Shown: piece after piece, positions 1-10,036 of the stretch
Position numbering within the stretch: position 1 is the first letter of the stretch
How the letters are laid out: the number at the start of each line of letters is the position of its first letter
Assembly: GCA_013360585.1 (NCBI GenBank)
Contig: JABWBH010000001.1
Location: 65,820 to 129,819, forward strand
DNA: 64,000 bases
Origin: Phycisphaerae bacterium
GTDB taxonomy: Bacteria; Planctomycetota; Phycisphaerae; UBA1845
Direction: 5' to 3'
The notes under the pieces: model-generated
The model's input: the letters and a program-made list of their open reading frames with translations, nothing else
What the model was told of the DNA's origin: nothing
The model's database searches: none
Program-made: the position numbers and the translations under genes

Positions 1-35
1 CCGAATATCACAACCAGTGTATTTCGCAGTTGCAT
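1..35 (-). CDS. 5' end of an unidentified CDS continuing beyond the left edge (MQLRNTLVVIF...)
   Basis: ATG at 35-33 on the minus strand with AAGGAGA 5 nt upstream (plus-strand tctcctt 41-47). Only 11 codons are visible, so the product is unknown. Confidence 0.3.
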   Translation of the reverse strand, partial: MQLRNTLVVIF

Positions 36-217
36 GTTGCTCTCCTTGTCGTCAGACGCCGCCGCTCCCACCGAAATCCAGACTTGGCGGAATGAAGGCC
101 AAACCGCACCCCCCCTACCGATCAGATCGTCCCGATATTATTCCGACATACCGGACGTCCGACAACCCGGAAACATGCTCCGCTTACCAGGTTAAAGCCG
201 TGCCCGAATAAAAAACA

Positions 218-2836
218 TCAATCTTCAATCTCATCGGCATTCCCCTCGTCTGTCTCCGTATACGACTCCGGAGAACTTCCCGATGCAGCCCCCGGCGGCG
301 AGATTCCAGGTTCATCCTGATCCTCCTTCGCCAGGCGGGCTACCGCAACAACCGTGTCGCCTTCGTCCAACCGGATCAGCCGCACGCCCTGCGTCGCCCG
401 GCCGATCTCACGCACCGCCTCCAGTCCCGTCCGAAGCATCATCCCCTTGCTCGTGATGATCATCATCTCGTCATCATCCCGGACGGCGTGAAGCGAGACG
501 ACGTCGCCGTTGCGGTCCGTCGTCTTGATGTTGATCACGCCTTTTGCGCCGCGGCGCGTCTTGCGGTATTCCTCGAGGCTGGTCCGCTTGCCGTATCCGT
601 TCTCGCAGATCGTAAGCAGCGAAAGCCCCGCTTCTGCCGCGACAAGCCCCACGATGTAGTCGCCCTCTTCGAGCGTCGCGCCGATGACGCCGCGGGCGTT
701 GCGGCCCATCGCGCGGACCTGATCCTCGTCGAAGCGGATCGCCATCCCCTTGCGCGTCCCCAGCACCACCTCGTTCGCACCCGACGTCCGCACCACGTCC
801 ACCAGCGTGTCATCTTCATCCAGGGTGATCGCCAGAATGCCCGAAGGCCGAGGCCGGCTGAACGCCTGAAGCGGCGTCTTCTTCACCACGCCCTTTTGCG
901 TAGCGAAGAAGATGAACGCTTCCTCCCCGAAGCCCGCGACGGTCAGCACCGCGCAGTGCCTCTCCCCGTCCTTCATGCTCAGCAGGTTCGCCAGCGACCG
1001 TCCGCGCGCCGTCCGGCTCGCCGCCGGAACGTCGAACACACGCAACCAGTACACCCGCCCCCGGTTGGTGAAAAAGAGCATGTGATCGTGCGTGGACACG
1101 ACGAAAAGATGCTCGATGAAGTCCTCGTCCGTCGCCGCTCCTCCTCGGATGCCTTTGCCGCCGCGCCCCTGCTTGCGGTAGGTGTCCGCGTCGACGCGCT
1201 TGATGTAGCCCTGGTGGCTGATCGTGACGACCACCTGTTCATTCGGAATCAGCTCCTCAAGCGTGTACTCGCCGGCTTCCTCGACGATCTCCGTCCGCCG
1301 CGGGTCGGGGAATTTGTCGCGGATCTCGTGAAGATCCTCGCGGATGATGTCGTACACGAGACGCTCGTCGCGCAGGATCGCCTCGTACCCCTCGATCTCC
1401 TCGACAAGCCCGACGTACTCCTTCGCCAGCTTCTCCATCTCCAGCCCGGTGAGACGCTGGAGCTGCATCGACAGGATCGCCGCCGCCTGCACGCCGGTCA
1501 GCGTCGTCGCCTGCGCCCCGGTCCGCTTCACAAACGACTCCGGCAGCAGCTTGCGCAGCGTTGCGGCCTCGCTCAGACGCAGCGGGCGCGCCATCAGGCG
1601 CGCTTTCGCCGTCTCCGGATCCGCGGACTCCTTGATGAGCTGGATGATCGCGTCGATGTCGCCCAGTGCGAGGATCAATCCCTCGAGAAGGTGCGCGCGC
1701 TGACGCGCCCGCCGCAGCAGGAAGCGCGTCCGCCGCCGGATGACGTCCATCCGGTGCTCGACGTAAAGACGCAGCAGATCCTTCAGCGCCAGAATCTTCG
1801 GTTGCTTGCCGACGAGGGCGACGTTCAGCACGTGAAAGTTGGTCTGAAGCGGCGTGTATTGGAAAAGCTGCCGAATGATGACGCCTTCGTTGGCGTCCTT
1901 CTTGAGGTCGATCTCGATCCGCACGTCATGACGCCGGTCCGAGGCGTCGTTGACCGCCTGCACGTCCTTGATCGTCCCGTCGCGGACTTTCTCGGCGATC
2001 TTCTCCGTGATCGTGCTCCGCAGCACCCCGAAGGGAACCTGCGAGATGACCAGCGTCTTCCGCCCGCCCTTGCTCTCCTCGACCTCCACCTTGCCGCGCA
2101 TCGTGATCGCGCCGCGACCGGTCGCGTACGCCTCCACCACGCCGCGCCGCCCGCAGATCTGCCCCCCCGTCGGGAAGTCGGGCCCCGGCAGGATTTTCAA
2201 AAGCTCCGGCAGCGTAATCTCGGGGTTGTCGATGTACGCCAGCAGCGCGTCGCATACTTCGCAGACGTTGTGCGGCGCCATATTCGTCGCCATCCCGACC
2301 GCGATCCCCGTCCCACCGTTGACCAGCAGGTTCGGGAACTTGCCCGGAAGAACCGTCGGCTCCTCCCGGGTGTTGTCGAAGTTCGGGACGTAATCCACCG
2401 TCTCGTGCTCGAGGTCGTCGAGCATCATCGCCGCCGCCGCAGCGAGGCGCGCCTCGGTATAACGCATCGCCGCCGGAGGATCGCCGTCGATCGACCCGAA
2501 GTTGCCCTGCGAGTCCACCAGCACCGTGCGGAAGTTCCACGGCTGCGCCATCCGCACCAGCGTCGGATACACCACCGACTCGCCGTGCGGGTGATAATTG
2601 CCCGAGGTGTCGCCGCAGATCTTCGCGCACTTGCGCGTCTGCGCCCGCGGACCGAGGTTCAGGTCGTTCATCGCCACCAGAATGCGCCGTTGCGACGGTT
2701 TCAGACCGTCGCGGACGTCCGGCAGCGCCCGCGCCATGATGACGCTCATCGAGTACGTCAGGAACGAGTCCTGCATCTCCTCGACGATCGACTGCTCCAC
2801 GATCTTCTCAACGTTTCCCTGAGGCCCTTCCGACAT
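218..2836 (-). CDS. gyrA: DNA gyrase subunit A
   Basis: ORF 218..2866. GyrA motifs ALPDVRDGLKPSQRRIL, GNYHPHGESVVY, active-site AAMRYTEARL, plus C-terminal repeat region. ATG at 2836 has GGGAG 6 nt upstream; GTG at 2866 is the alternative start. Confidence 0.97.
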   Translation of the reverse strand: MSEGPQGNVEKIVEQSIVEEMQDSFLTYSMSVIMARALPDVRDGLKPSQRRILVAMNDLNLGPRAQTRKCAKICGDTSGNYHPHGESVVYPTLVRMAQPWNFRTVLVDSQGNFGSIDGDPPAAMRYTEARLAAAAAMMLDDLEHETVDYVPNFDNTREEPTVLPGKFPNLLVNGGTGIAVGMATNMAPHNVCEVCDALLAYIDNPEITLPELLKILPGPDFPTGGQICGRRGVVEAYATGRGAITMRGKVEVEESKGGRKTLVISQVPFGVLRSTITEKIAEKVRDGTIKDVQAVNDASDRRHDVRIEIDLKKDANEGVIIRQLFQYTPLQTNFHVLNVALVGKQPKILALKDLLRLYVEHRMDVIRRRTRFLLRRARQRAHLLEGLILALGDIDAIIQLIKESADPETAKARLMARPLRLSEAATLRKLLPESFVKRTGAQATTLTGVQAAAILSMQLQRLTGLEMEKLAKEYVGLVEEIEGYEAILRDERLVYDIIREDLHEIRDKFPDPRRTEIVEEAGEYTLEELIPNEQVVVTISHQGYIKRVDADTYRKQGRGGKGIRGGAATDEDFIEHLFVVSTHDHMLFFTNRGRVYWLRVFDVPAASRTARGRSLANLLSMKDGERHCAVLTVAGFGEEAFIFFATQKGVVKKTPLQAFSRPRPSGILAITLDEDDTLVDVVRTSGANEVVLGTRKGMAIRFDEDQVRAMGRNARGVIGATLEEGDYIVGLVAAEAGLSLLTICENGYGKRTSLEEYRKTRRGAKGVINIKTTDRNGDVVSLHAVRDDDEMMIITSKGMMLRTGLEAVREIGRATQGVRLIRLDEGDTVVAVARLAKEDQDEPGISPPGAASGSSPESYTETDEGNADEIED

Positions 2837-3014
2837 CGACGGCTCCCTGATCCTCGGCGATTCCACGGCGCGCGACCGGTTCGGTCGATTCCTGTCGCCG
2901 GACGCCCGACACCCTCGTCACCCGCCCTTCCGCCTCATATACTAACGCGGAAACGCGAGCGCGGCGAGTTGGCGGACGGCGACAAACGCCGCGGGACGGA
3001 CCGTCGAAACCCTC

Positions 3015-4448
3015 ATGATTCACCTACCGATTCTGCGTCAGGGACGGCCTTATGAAAGCGTCGATCAGGTTCAGATCGTTCATCACGCCACCGGCGCGCC
3101 CGTCGCCCGCGTCAGTCAGGCGAACGCCGGATTGATCGCCCGCGACCTGTCTCGGCTGGACGACGCAGTTCTCGAGGGGATGACCGTCGCGGAGTTGATC
3201 GCCGCCTGCCGCGCCGCGGCCGACCTCTTCCTGTCCGCGACGCTTCCCCTCGGTGACGGACGCCAATCCTTCGAGGAATACATCCGCCAGCTTTCCGCGA
3301 CGACCGGCATGCCCGTCGGGTACTGCCGCGGAAACGCCGAGAAGATCGCCTTCGTGCTACGTGAGATTGAGGACGTCCTCGCGGGGTTGACGCGGGGACT
3401 GGATCTGTCGGTCCTCGATCGCGGGGTCGGCGACGCGGACGGGCGGATCGTCAGCTTTTTCCGCGCCGGGCGCGTCTTCGGAGCGGTCCTGCCCAGCAAC
3501 TCCCCCGGCGTTCACTCGTTGTGGATCCCGGCGATTCCGCTCAAGGCGCCCGTCGTGCTCAAGCCCGGGCGCGAGGAGCCCTGGACGCCCTGGCGAATCC
3601 TTCAAGCCTTCCACGCCGCGGGCGTTCCGGGCGACGCCCTGAACTTCTACCCCTGCGATCACGCCGGCGCGGGCGAGATCCTGCGCCGTGCGGATCGCTC
3701 GATGCTCTTCGGCGACGTCTCGACGACGCGACCCTATCTCGGCAACCCGCACATCGAAATCCACGGTCCCGGCTTCAGCAAGGTGCTCCTCGGCGACGAC
3801 GTCGCGGAGAACTGGGAGCAACATATCGAGATCATCGCCTCCTCGATCGAGGCTAACTGCGGTCGCTCATGCATTAACGCCTCCGGAGTCTGGACGCCGC
3901 GCCACGGTCGCGAGATTGCCGACGCGCTCGCCCGCCGGTTCTCGGCGATCGAAGCCCTCCCCGCTGATCACCCCGACGCCCGCGTCGCCGCGTTCGCCAA
4001 CCCCGAGATGGCCCGGCGGATCAGCGCGGTGATCGACGCCGACCTTCGCGTGCCCGGCGCGGAGGACGTGACCGAGCGCGTGCGCGGCGGACCGCGCCTC
4101 GTGATGCGGGACCGCTGCGCCTGGCTGCTGCCGACCGTGGTTCGCTGCGACGCCCGGGAACATCCGCTGGCCAACCGCGAGTTTCTCTTTCCGTATGCTT
4201 CGGTGGTGGAATGTCCGACGGCGGACATGCCCGAGGCGATCGGATCGACGCTGGTCGCGACGGCGATCACCGCGGATTCGCAGTTTCGGTGGCGGCTCAT
4301 GTCCGCGGGGAATATTGACCGCCTGAACGTCGGCGCGATTCCGACGTGGCGGATCAGTTGGAACCAGCCGCACGAGGGCAATCTGTTTGAGCATTTGTAC
4401 CGCCAGCGCGCGTTTCAGGAGGCGCCGTCGGCGGCGTCCGTCGCATGA
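3015..4448 (+). CDS. Aldehyde dehydrogenase superfamily protein (acyl-CoA reductase-like)
   Basis: 477 aa. ALDH-like layout with a Cys-containing catalytic-loop-like segment ANCGRSCINASG and a nucleotide-binding-like segment VLKPGREEPWTP. Confidence 0.7.
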   Translation: MIHLPILRQGRPYESVDQVQIVHHATGAPVARVSQANAGLIARDLSRLDDAVLEGMTVAELIAACRAAADLFLSATLPLGDGRQSFEEYIRQLSATTGMPVGYCRGNAEKIAFVLREIEDVLAGLTRGLDLSVLDRGVGDADGRIVSFFRAGRVFGAVLPSNSPGVHSLWIPAIPLKAPVVLKPGREEPWTPWRILQAFHAAGVPGDALNFYPCDHAGAGEILRRADRSMLFGDVSTTRPYLGNPHIEIHGPGFSKVLLGDDVAENWEQHIEIIASSIEANCGRSCINASGVWTPRHGREIADALARRFSAIEALPADHPDARVAAFANPEMARRISAVIDADLRVPGAEDVTERVRGGPRLVMRDRCAWLLPTVVRCDAREHPLANREFLFPYASVVECPTADMPEAIGSTLVATAITADSQFRWRLMSAGNIDRLNVGAIPTWRISWNQPHEGNLFEHLYRQRAFQEAPSAASVA

Positions 4449-4487
4449 ACGTGGTGTTTCTCTGATCTCGACGGACCCGTCATTGCC

Positions 4488-5648
4488 GTGCAACACGAAT
4501 CCCCGGAATCACTCCTGAGCAGGTCCACCGTCCGGACGGTCTTCGGCGCGGGGTCGCTCGCGCGGCTGGGAGAGTTGGCGCGGCGCGAGCGCATGTCGCG
4601 CGTCCTGCTGGTGACGGATCCGGGGGTCGAGGCGGCGGGACACGCGGACCGCGCGACCTCTGTCCTGCGCGACGCGGGACTTCGCGTCGTCGTGTTCGAC
4701 GGCGCGCGTGAGAACCCGACGGACCGGCACGTCCGCGCCGGCGTGGACGCCGCGCGGGCGGCGGATGCGGAGGGCATCATCGGACTCGGTGGCGGCAGCG
4801 CGATGGACTGCGCCAAGGGGATCAACCTGCTGCTGACCTGCGGCGGAGAAATGTCCGCTTTCCGCGGCGACCCGCCGCCCGAGCAACTCGCCCTGCGCCC
4901 CCCGCTGCTGCCGATGATCCTCATCCCGACCACCGCCGGTACCGGCAGCGAAGCGCAGTCCTTCGCGCTCATCAGTGACAACGTCACGCATGAGAAGATG
5001 CCCTGCGGCGACCGCCGGCCGCCCGAAGCCGGCGGGTTGCGCCCGCGCTGGGCGATCCTCGATCCGGAGCTGACCCGAACGCAACCGGGATCCGTCGCGT
5101 CCGCCGTCGGCATCGACGCGATCGCCCACGCCGTCGAGACCGTCGGAAGCACGGCGGCGACCGACGAGTCGCGGGAGCTTTCCTGTGCGGCCTGGCGTCT
5201 CCTCGAAGGCGCGTTCCCGCCGGCGGTGGCCGACGCCGCCGATGATGACGCCCGCCGCGACATGTTGCTCGGCGCCCACCTCGCCGGCGCCGCGATCGAA
5301 CGCTCGATGCTCGGCGCCGCGCACGCCTGCTCGAATCCGCTGACCACCCGGTTCGGCGTCGTCCACGGCCGGGCGGTGGGCCTGATGCTGCCGCACGTCA
5401 TCCGCTTCAACGCAGCCGGCCGAGAGAACCCTTACCAGCGGCTTCTGCCCGACGCGGAAACGCTCGTCCGGCGCGTCGAGACGTTGCTGGAACTCGGCGG
5501 AATTCCCCGGCGGTTGCCGCACTACGGCGTCCGCGAGCAGGATATCCCAACGCTCGCCGATCACGCCGCCGCGCAGTGGACGGCCCGGTTCAATCCGCGC
5601 CCCCTGCCCGCCGAAGCCGCGCTCGCCCTTTACCGCGCCGCGCTCTAG
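4488..5648 (+). CDS. Iron-containing (group III) alcohol dehydrogenase
   Basis: GTG start. GGGSAMDCAKG motif, His-rich metal-site region (IDAIAHAVE, GAAHACSNPL), 386 aa. Confidence 0.85.
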   Translation: MQHESPESLLSRSTVRTVFGAGSLARLGELARRERMSRVLLVTDPGVEAAGHADRATSVLRDAGLRVVVFDGARENPTDRHVRAGVDAARAADAEGIIGLGGGSAMDCAKGINLLLTCGGEMSAFRGDPPPEQLALRPPLLPMILIPTTAGTGSEAQSFALISDNVTHEKMPCGDRRPPEAGGLRPRWAILDPELTRTQPGSVASAVGIDAIAHAVETVGSTAATDESRELSCAAWRLLEGAFPPAVADAADDDARRDMLLGAHLAGAAIERSMLGAAHACSNPLTTRFGVVHGRAVGLMLPHVIRFNAAGRENPYQRLLPDAETLVRRVETLLELGGIPRRLPHYGVREQDIPTLADHAAAQWTARFNPRPLPAEAALALYRAAL

Positions 5649-5678
5649 TCCCGGGTTGCAAATTCGTTGCTCAATTCG

Positions 5679-5726
5679 GGAGCGCGGACCTCCGGTCCGC
5701 ACGGGCAGAGCAGAACTCCGCGCTCC
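5679..5726. repeat. REP-like palindromic element; possible bidirectional terminator between convergent genes
   Basis: Outer 10-bp inverted repeat GGAGCGCGGA (5679-5688) / TCCGCGCTCC (5717-5726) encloses the 17-mer palindrome GCGGACCTCCGGTCCGC (5684-5700). The same 17-mer recurs at 10453-10469. Confidence 0.55.
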
Positions 5727-5891
5727 TCATCAAAGGCAAAGAACTTATAACTCACCACACCAGGAAAACGACCGAGCCGCGCCCGCAAGGAAGCGTCCCG
5801 TGTCCCGGTTGCGCCGTCGTTCGACGACGCCGCTCCGGTCGGACCGCTTGCTTACGCGCGCGGCTCGGTTCAGCCGCGTGACGCTCTTTCG

Positions 5892-6554
5892 CTACTTCTG
5901 CCGCGTGTGCGTCAGCACCATCATCAGGTATTCCTTCCCCGTCATGTCCGGAGCGAACATCGAGAGCGTGTACTTGTCCTCGCCCTCGATCTTGTACTCC
6001 ATCTTCATCCACGTCTCCTTGTTCATCATCGGATCCATGAATTTCGCGGTGAACGTGACCGTCTTTCCCGAGCTGTCGCATGTGCCCTCGGACATCATGA
6101 TCATCGTTCCCATGTTGTCCACCCACGCGGACACGTACTTCTGCTTCTGATTGTCGTATCCGACGATGCCGTAGCCCTCGAACGGCGTCGGATCGCCGGG
6201 CATCATCGGATCGCCCTTGTAATGCTGGTGCAGGAAGCGACCTCCCAGGATCCACTCCGTCTTGGCCTTGCTGTTGCTCGGCGTCCACGGCGCCTCTTCC
6301 GCCATCCGCCACTTGCCTTCCACGTTCCAGTTTCCGGCCAGCGGTTTCAGATGCTCATGATGCGGTCCCGGCGACGCCAGCTTCGCCCACGCCTCCATCA
6401 TCGCCTGCTCTTCAGGACTCGGTGCAGGCTGACCCTCCTGTCCGCCGGCCGGCTTCGCGCCTTCGGGCTTCTTGTCCTGCGCAATCACCGGCGCCAGCAG
6501 CCCGACGCTCAACAATCCCAGCAACGCGACAATCACTTTCTTCGACATCATCAT
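5892..6554 (-). CDS. DUF1579-like secreted protein
   Basis: Triple ATG at 6554/6551/6548 with GAGG just upstream. Signal peptide MMMSKKVIVALLGLLSVGLLAPVIAQD. The upstream 80 codons of the track ORF (to 6794) look non-coding. Family call is from recollection of DUF1579-type sequences. Confidence 0.7.
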   Translation of the reverse strand: MMMSKKVIVALLGLLSVGLLAPVIAQDKKPEGAKPAGGQEGQPAPSPEEQAMMEAWAKLASPGPHHEHLKPLAGNWNVEGKWRMAEEAPWTPSNSKAKTEWILGGRFLHQHYKGDPMMPGDPTPFEGYGIVGYDNQKQKYVSAWVDNMGTMIMMSEGTCDSSGKTVTFTAKFMDPMMNKETWMKMEYKIEGEDKYTLSMFAPDMTGKEYLMMVLTHTRQK

Positions 6555-6707
6555 TACCTCTTGAAAACGGTGCGGTTGAGGGGGCCGACCCGCATCGACA
6601 TCGCGCGGAGCGCCACGCACCCGGCCCACCGGACGCAACCCCCGCCAATTTCCTAACAAAAGTGTAACCTCGCACAAGGGTTCACACAAGGCGCACAACA
6701 GTTCAAC

Positions 6708-6735
6708 ACAACTCCCGACGAACAACTCCCGACGA
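6708..6735. repeat. Perfect tandem 14-mer (ACAACTCCCGACGA x2) inside a CA-rich leader
   Basis: 6708-6721 and 6722-6735 are identical. Flanked by CACAA-type iterations (6671-6710). Confidence 0.8.
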
Positions 6736-7074
6736 CCGGGCCGCGTCCTCGGCAGGACAAACCTCCCGCCGGATACCAGCGACTCCCTCGGCATGTTTCA
6801 TAACCCAAGCCGTGAAAAAAGCTTACGCCGATATCCACGCTCTCATCCTCGATATATCTTTTCAACGCACTCGGTTGGTCGGACCGCGCCTGCGCCGGCC
6901 TGATTCCGCTCGCCTTGTTCTTTACCACGCCGCCCCGAGATTCTTTATCACGCTGGTTCAAAAAGACGCTGAGTCAAAACCGTGCCGCGCCCGCCGGTCC
7001 TTGACGTTGCGACGTTAAGGTCGAGGAAGCGTTCTTATTCCGCCCCGCCCCGAGGAGTTGAACCAGCGCCTAGG

Positions 7075-7992
7075 TCATTCCGGAAGCACGACCCGGATCG
7101 CCGCCGGAAGCACCCGGATCGTCGCCGGCGCCTCCGCGATCGACTCTCCGTCCGCCCACAATTCGCACGCCCGGTCGGTCTGAATGCGCAGCTCACGTGT
7201 GCGGAGCAGTTCGACGCCGCGCCGTCCCGCGTGCCTCCCTCGGACCGCGCTGATCAGCGTGGCGACGATCTCGGGCAGCGGGCGGTGCTCGATGATGCAG
7301 ATGTCCAGCACGCCGTCGTCCGGGCGCGCGTCCGGCGCGATCGGAATCGCGCCTCCGTAACTCGACGTGTTCGCCGTCGAGATCATGAAGATTCGCCCCT
7401 GCCGACGTCCGAAATCGCCTTCGAGAGTCATGTGCGGGGCGTGGTACCGCGCCAGCACGCGCAGCGCCCCGTAAAGATAGGCCGGCGTCCCCTTCAGCGG
7501 CATCCGCATCCGATCTACGAAGCGCGATACCGCGGCGTCGAAACCCATCGTCGCCACTGTGCAGTAGGTCCGTCCGTTGACGGCCGCCAGATCAAGCGCC
7601 GCCTCCCGTCCCGCTGTCAGCACGCGCGCCGCCAACGTCACGTCGAGCGGTATCCGAAGCGCCCGTGCCAGATCGTTGCACCGTCCCGCGGGGATGACTC
7701 CCAGCGCCGGCGCATCCGCGCCGAGCGACGGACTCAATTCCGCCAGCGCCCGCGCCACCTGCTGGATCGTCCCGTCGCCGCCGCAGGCGATGACGCGACG
7801 CACGCGCCCGCCCTCGCCGGTTACGTACTCCCGCACGAGGCGCTCCGCATCCGCCGGTCCCTTTGTATACGCCAGATCGCACGCGCCCTGCGCCCCCGCC
7901 ACGACGGCGCGGACCTGCTCCGCCGGCGCCTGCGCCAGACCCGCACGACGCCGCCCGGACACCGGGTTGGCGATGATCACGGTCGAACTCAC
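7075..7992 (-). CDS. Diacylglycerol/lipid kinase family protein (YegS/BmrU-like)
   Basis: GTG start with AGGATGAGGG upstream. N-terminal IIANPVSGRRR and ACGGDGT catalytic-domain motifs. Confidence 0.85.
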   Translation of the reverse strand: MSSTVIIANPVSGRRRAGLAQAPAEQVRAVVAGAQGACDLAYTKGPADAERLVREYVTGEGGRVRRVIACGGDGTIQQVARALAELSPSLGADAPALGVIPAGRCNDLARALRIPLDVTLAARVLTAGREAALDLAAVNGRTYCTVATMGFDAAVSRFVDRMRMPLKGTPAYLYGALRVLARYHAPHMTLEGDFGRRQGRIFMISTANTSSYGGAIPIAPDARPDDGVLDICIIEHRPLPEIVATLISAVRGRHAGRRGVELLRTRELRIQTDRACELWADGESIAEAPATIRVLPAAIRVVLPE

Positions 7993-8178
7993 GCCCTCAT
8001 CCTAACCGACCTGCCTCCTTCGATCCCGCGCCACGCTCGGGGGGCTTACGCCGTGAACGCCGTGGCGCCGTTTGCCTGCTGACGAAAGCGTCGCTATCAA
8101 AGCCGGGTCCGCGTCGCGCGACCGGTTGGGTTCCACCTGCCGCGCGACCGGGCTCCCCGATCAGCACAGGGTGGGTCG

Positions 8179-8982
8179 ATGAACCGCTTCACGAGAATGT
8201 TTCAGCAGACGCGAGGCCGCGGCGCGTTCATGCCTTTCTTCATGCTCGGCGACCCGACGCCCGCGCGCAGCCTGAACCTGATCCGCACCGCCCTCGAGGA
8301 AGGCGCGGACGCCCTCGAACTGGGGATCCCTTTTTCCGATCCGATCGCCGACGGCCCGGTCATTCAGGCGTCCGCGCTGCGCGCGCACCGCGCGGGAACG
8401 AACGTGGCGCGCTGCTTTGATCTTCTCGCCGAGGTGCGACGCAACTCCGACGTCCCCGTCGGGCTCCTCGTTTACTGCAACCTGATTCAGAAACGCGGCG
8501 TCGACCAGTTCTGCGCGGACGCGGCGCAGGCCGGCGCAGACGCCCTGCTTGCGGCGGATGTTCCGTTTGACCGGGCCGGCGACCTTCCGCACGCCGCCGA
8601 AGCCGCGGGGCTGGGCAGCGTCTACCTGTGCAGCCCGAACACGCCCGACGACCGCGCCCGGCGGATCCTCGAAACCAGTACCGCGTTCACCTACGCGGTC
8701 GGTGTGATGGGAACGACCGGCGCCCGCGACGCCCTCGGCGACGAGACGACCGCCTTCGTCACGCGACTCCGCGCGCTGAGCGATCGCCCCTTTGTCGTCG
8801 GGTTCGGCATCAGCACCCCGGCGCATGCGGTGGAGGTTCTGCGCCTCGGTGCGGACGGCGTCATTGTCGGCAGTGCGCTCATCCGCATGATCGAAGCCGC
8901 CGGCGACGACGCGGATGCAGCGACCGCGTCCGTCCGCCAGTTTGTGCGAAACACCGCGACCCTGATCCGGCAACACGCTTAA
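8179..8982 (+). CDS. trpA: Tryptophan synthase alpha chain
   Basis: 267 aa. FMPFFMLGDP and ELGIPFSDPIADGPVIQ motifs typical of TrpA. Confidence 0.93.
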   Translation: MNRFTRMFQQTRGRGAFMPFFMLGDPTPARSLNLIRTALEEGADALELGIPFSDPIADGPVIQASALRAHRAGTNVARCFDLLAEVRRNSDVPVGLLVYCNLIQKRGVDQFCADAAQAGADALLAADVPFDRAGDLPHAAEAAGLGSVYLCSPNTPDDRARRILETSTAFTYAVGVMGTTGARDALGDETTAFVTRLRALSDRPFVVGFGISTPAHAVEVLRLGADGVIVGSALIRMIEAAGDDADAATASVRQFVRNTATLIRQHA

Positions 8983-9001
8983 CCGACGAGGAGAACTTCG
9001 C

Positions 9002-10030
9002 ATGCTCGTAGTGATGAACGTGGACGCGACAACCGAGCAGATCGACGCGGTGTGCGCGGCGATCCGCGGGCTCGGATTCACCCCCCACCCGATGCCTGGC
9101 GCCCAGCGCACCGCCGTGTGCGTCACCGGAAACCAGGGTCCGGTCCACCGCGACGTGCTCGCCAGCCTGCCCGGCGTGCGCGAAGTCATCTCCGTCTCGA
9201 AACCTTACAAGCTCGTCTCACGTGAGACACATGCCGAGTCGACCGTCGTCCGCGTCGGCGGACACGCGATCGGCGGCGGAGCGCTGCAGTTCATCGCCGG
9301 TCCGTGCAGCGTCGAAAGCGAGGATCGCATGATGCGCATCGCGGAAGGTGTCGCGGCGCTCGGCGTTCCCTTCCTCCGCGCCGGCGCGTACAAGCCGAGG
9401 ACAAGTCCTTATGCCTTTCAGGGGCTTGAGCAGGAAGGCCTGCGCATTCTTGACGCCGTGCGCCGAAGGTTCGGCCTGCGGATCGTGACGGAGGTGCTGT
9501 CCGAGGAATCCGTCGAGGCGGTGGCGTCCGTCGCGGACGTGCTCCAGATCGGCGCCCGCAACATGCAGAACTTCGCCCTGCTGAAGAAGGTCGCCCGGTG
9601 CGCCAACCCGGTGCTGCTGAAGCGCGGAGCCTCCGCGACCGTCGAGGAGTGGTTGATGGCGGCCGAGTATCTCCTTTCCGGCGGCAATCGCCAGGTGATC
9701 CTCTGCGAGCGCGGGATCCGCACGTTTTCCGATCAGACGCGCAACACGCTTGACGTCAGCGCCATCGCGGCCGTCAAGGCGCTGTCTCACCTGCCGGTCG
9801 TCGCGGATCCGTCACATGCGGCCGGGAGGCGGGAGTTCGTCGCGCCGCTCGCCCGGGCAGCGGTCGCGGCGGGGGCGGACGGCCTGATTATCGAGGCGCA
9901 CTTCGATCCCAACTCGGCGTGGAGCGACGGGGCGCAGACGATCGATCTCGATCATCTCGCCGCCGTCATCGCCCAGGCGAGAGCGTATGAACGCCTGCAC
10001 GTCGAGGAAAACGCGTCGTCCGCGCGATGA
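9002..10030 (+). CDS. aroF: 3-deoxy-7-phosphoheptulonate (DAHP) synthase, type I-beta with N-terminal ferredoxin-like regulatory domain
   Basis: 342 aa. N-terminal ~65-aa domain followed by a KDSA/AroA(I-beta)-type barrel (GPCSVES, RAGAYKPRTSPY, DPSHA). Confidence 0.9.
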   Translation: MLVVMNVDATTEQIDAVCAAIRGLGFTPHPMPGAQRTAVCVTGNQGPVHRDVLASLPGVREVISVSKPYKLVSRETHAESTVVRVGGHAIGGGALQFIAGPCSVESEDRMMRIAEGVAALGVPFLRAGAYKPRTSPYAFQGLEQEGLRILDAVRRRFGLRIVTEVLSEESVEAVASVADVLQIGARNMQNFALLKKVARCANPVLLKRGASATVEEWLMAAEYLLSGGNRQVILCERGIRTFSDQTRNTLDVSAIAAVKALSHLPVVADPSHAAGRREFVAPLARAAVAAGADGLIIEAHFDPNSAWSDGAQTIDLDHLAAVIAQARAYERLHVEENASSAR

Positions 10031-10036
10031 CGCGGA

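Noticed and set aside
488-3055. 855-aa plus-strand ORF opposite gyrA
   Set aside because: Antisense shadow ORF. It is Arg/Pro/His-rich and low-complexity with no recognisable motif, while the opposite strand encodes an unmistakable GyrA. This is typical of high-GC DNA with few stop codons.
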